From assembly GCA_028534125.1 (NCBI GenBank), contig CM052816.1, forward strand, positions 94,056,001 to 94,120,000: DNA of 64,000 nucleotides. The letters run 5' to 3'. This document shows positions 62,346 through 64,000 of this stretch, one piece after another (the first letter of the stretch is position 1; each line of letters starts with the position of its first letter). Made by a program: the position numbers and the translations under genes. The stretch comes from Lama glama (Eukaryota). A model generated the notes under the pieces. The model ran no database searches. It was not told where the DNA came from and worked only from the letters and a program-made list of their open reading frames with translations.

Positions 62346-62814
62346 TGTGGCAGACTGAATGGCAGGCACTCCAAACATGCTCCTGTCCTGTTTCCCAGAA
62401 CCTCTGAATATGCTGCCTTCTGTGACAAAAGGAAATTTGCAGATCTGGTTAAGAATTGGGGGTGGCGAAATTATCTTGAACGTGGCTACTTTGGGCTTTT
62501 TGTAACCACAAGGGTATTTGTAAGAGGGAGTTAGGAAATTAGAGTTAGCGGTCTGAAGGTGGTCTGCTGTTGCCTTTGAAGATGGAGGAAGGAGCTAGAA
62601 GGAAGGCAGGTGGATTCCTGAAGCTGGAAAAGGCAGGAGTAAATGGATTCTCACCCAGGGACTCCAGACGAAACTCTCCCCGCTGACACCACTGCCGATA
62701 GCACAGTGAGACTGACTTTCAATTTCTGACCTCCAGAACTCTAAGATACTAAATCTGTGTTGTTCTAAGCCACCATATTTGCGGTGATTTCTTACAGCAG
62801 CAATAACTAATGCA
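62346..62814 (+). mobile_element. MaLR LTR (MLT1D-like)
   Basis: TGTGGCAGACTGAAT..CCCAGAACCTCTGAATATG..TTTGAAGATGGAGGAAGG..CTGACCTCCAGAACT..TAAGCCAC..TTACAGCAGCAATA. Confidence 0.9.
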
Positions 62815-63424
62815 TTCATAAATAATCTTGAGATTTTACTGTTGTAAACTCAGGTTTCATAATTTAAGGCAATTTTTCTTAGATCGTATGTAAATAGAAT
62901 CAGGATACAAAATGAGATTTTTCTGACAATAAATGCCATTCTGTTTTTACTAGGTTTGCTAAATTATGACAGTTACCACCTTAGGACAGTTGTAGGAAAA
63001 CTTGACTACTTGTTTGGTACTAAGATGTTTTTCCTGTATTACTTTATCCATTGGAAGTAAAATAGAAGGCAGCAAATAAATTTTCATAAGTTTCAATGAT
63101 TAATATGCATTTCAGGGGTGAGTGGCAGAATCAAAATATTACCTATGTAACATATTGGTACCTATTTTCATTTCACTTACTAGTTCATGAAGAATGTTTG
63201 TTTTCAGATAAATATCATTAAAATGATGTAATGAATGTTACAGCTATACATATATTAAATAGCTTTTTTGAAATAAGTTTTAGAACATCTCATTTATAAT
63301 CATTTAGTACAAATTCAGCTTCTCTCAGTAACTTCCACAATGTGGTGCTTTAAATTTTATGTGCTTAATGTTACAATTAAATAGTATATGATTTCAGAAT
63401 CTATATCACAAAATGGTAAAGACT

Positions 63425-64000
63425 TTTTACAATCAGGCTTATTGAAGTATACTTTATATACAATAAGTCACACCCCTTTAAAGTGTGCTGTTTGCTGAGT
63501 TTTGGCAAATGTACACTGTTGCGGATTCACTTCTCAATGAAAATACGGAATATTTATCTCTTTCCAGAAGTGTTCCTCAAACGGTTTCCTCATGCCACTT
63601 TGAGATGAAAACGGTGCCACGCCCAGTCCCTGGCAACCACTGATTTGTTTACTGTCATTCAAATACTGATTTTTATGGAATTGGATAAAAATTGTATCAT
63701 ACAGTATATTGTCTTTTGTGTCTGGCCTCTTTCATTTAGCAAAACACTTCTGAGATTCATTCATGCTTTTCTGTGTTTCTGTAGCTCATTCTTCCCATTT
63801 CTGAGTTGCATTCCAAGGCATGCATATCCCAGGATTTGTTTATGCAGTCACTAGTTAATAGACATTTGGTACTCTGCAGTTTTGGACACTACAAATAAAA
63901 CTGCTATGAATATCCACATACCTGTCTTTGTTTTCATCTCACTTGAATAAATATCTCAGAGTGCAATTGATAGGTTGTAAGGCAGTTATGTGTTTAACTT
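63425..64000 (-). mobile_element. L1MB/ME-type 3' end running off the window
   Basis: GCTTATTGAAGTATA..TTTAAAGTGT..CCCTGGCAACCACTGATTTG..TTTTGTGTCTGGC..TGAGATTCATTCATG..AAATAAAACTGCTATGAATAT. Confidence 0.88.

Noticed and set aside
1..64000. Novel multi-gene biological system, NUMT, or intact retroelement
   Set aside because: There are no long coding-like ORFs, no operon structure and no mitochondrial-like sequence. All retroelement coding remnants are frameshifted or truncated.

Overview
This is AT-rich mammalian (eukaryotic) non-coding DNA, most likely from a camelid. That call rests on two tRNA-Ala-derived vic-1-type SINEs, cetartiodactyl-type young L1 3' ends, and no Alu, Bov-A/Bov-tA, CHR or PRE-1 elements that I could see. 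I found no intact protein-coding gene, rRNA or true tRNA gene, CRISPR array or prokaryotic system; it looks like intergenic sequence or a large intron. Much of the window is decayed and often nested transposable elements: ERVL/MaLR/ERV1 LTRs, L1M, L2, MIR, Tigger, MADE2 and MER5A. The only ORF-track peptides with recognisable homology are fossil ERVL dUTPase and L1 ORF2 fragments. The best observations are: (1) a degenerate APOA4-like coding segment inside an LTR41-like ERVL LTR; (2) an L1 insertion combining a 5' inversion, a large internal deletion and an apparent 3' transduction; (3) a young/old chimeric L1 3' end with a possible shared TSD; (4) a candidate 6-nt microexon or 78-nt exon in unique sequence; (5) a perfect 54-bp tandem duplication. 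Repeat family names come from recalled consensus sequences and need RepeatMasker/Dfam confirmation. Most boundaries are approximate.
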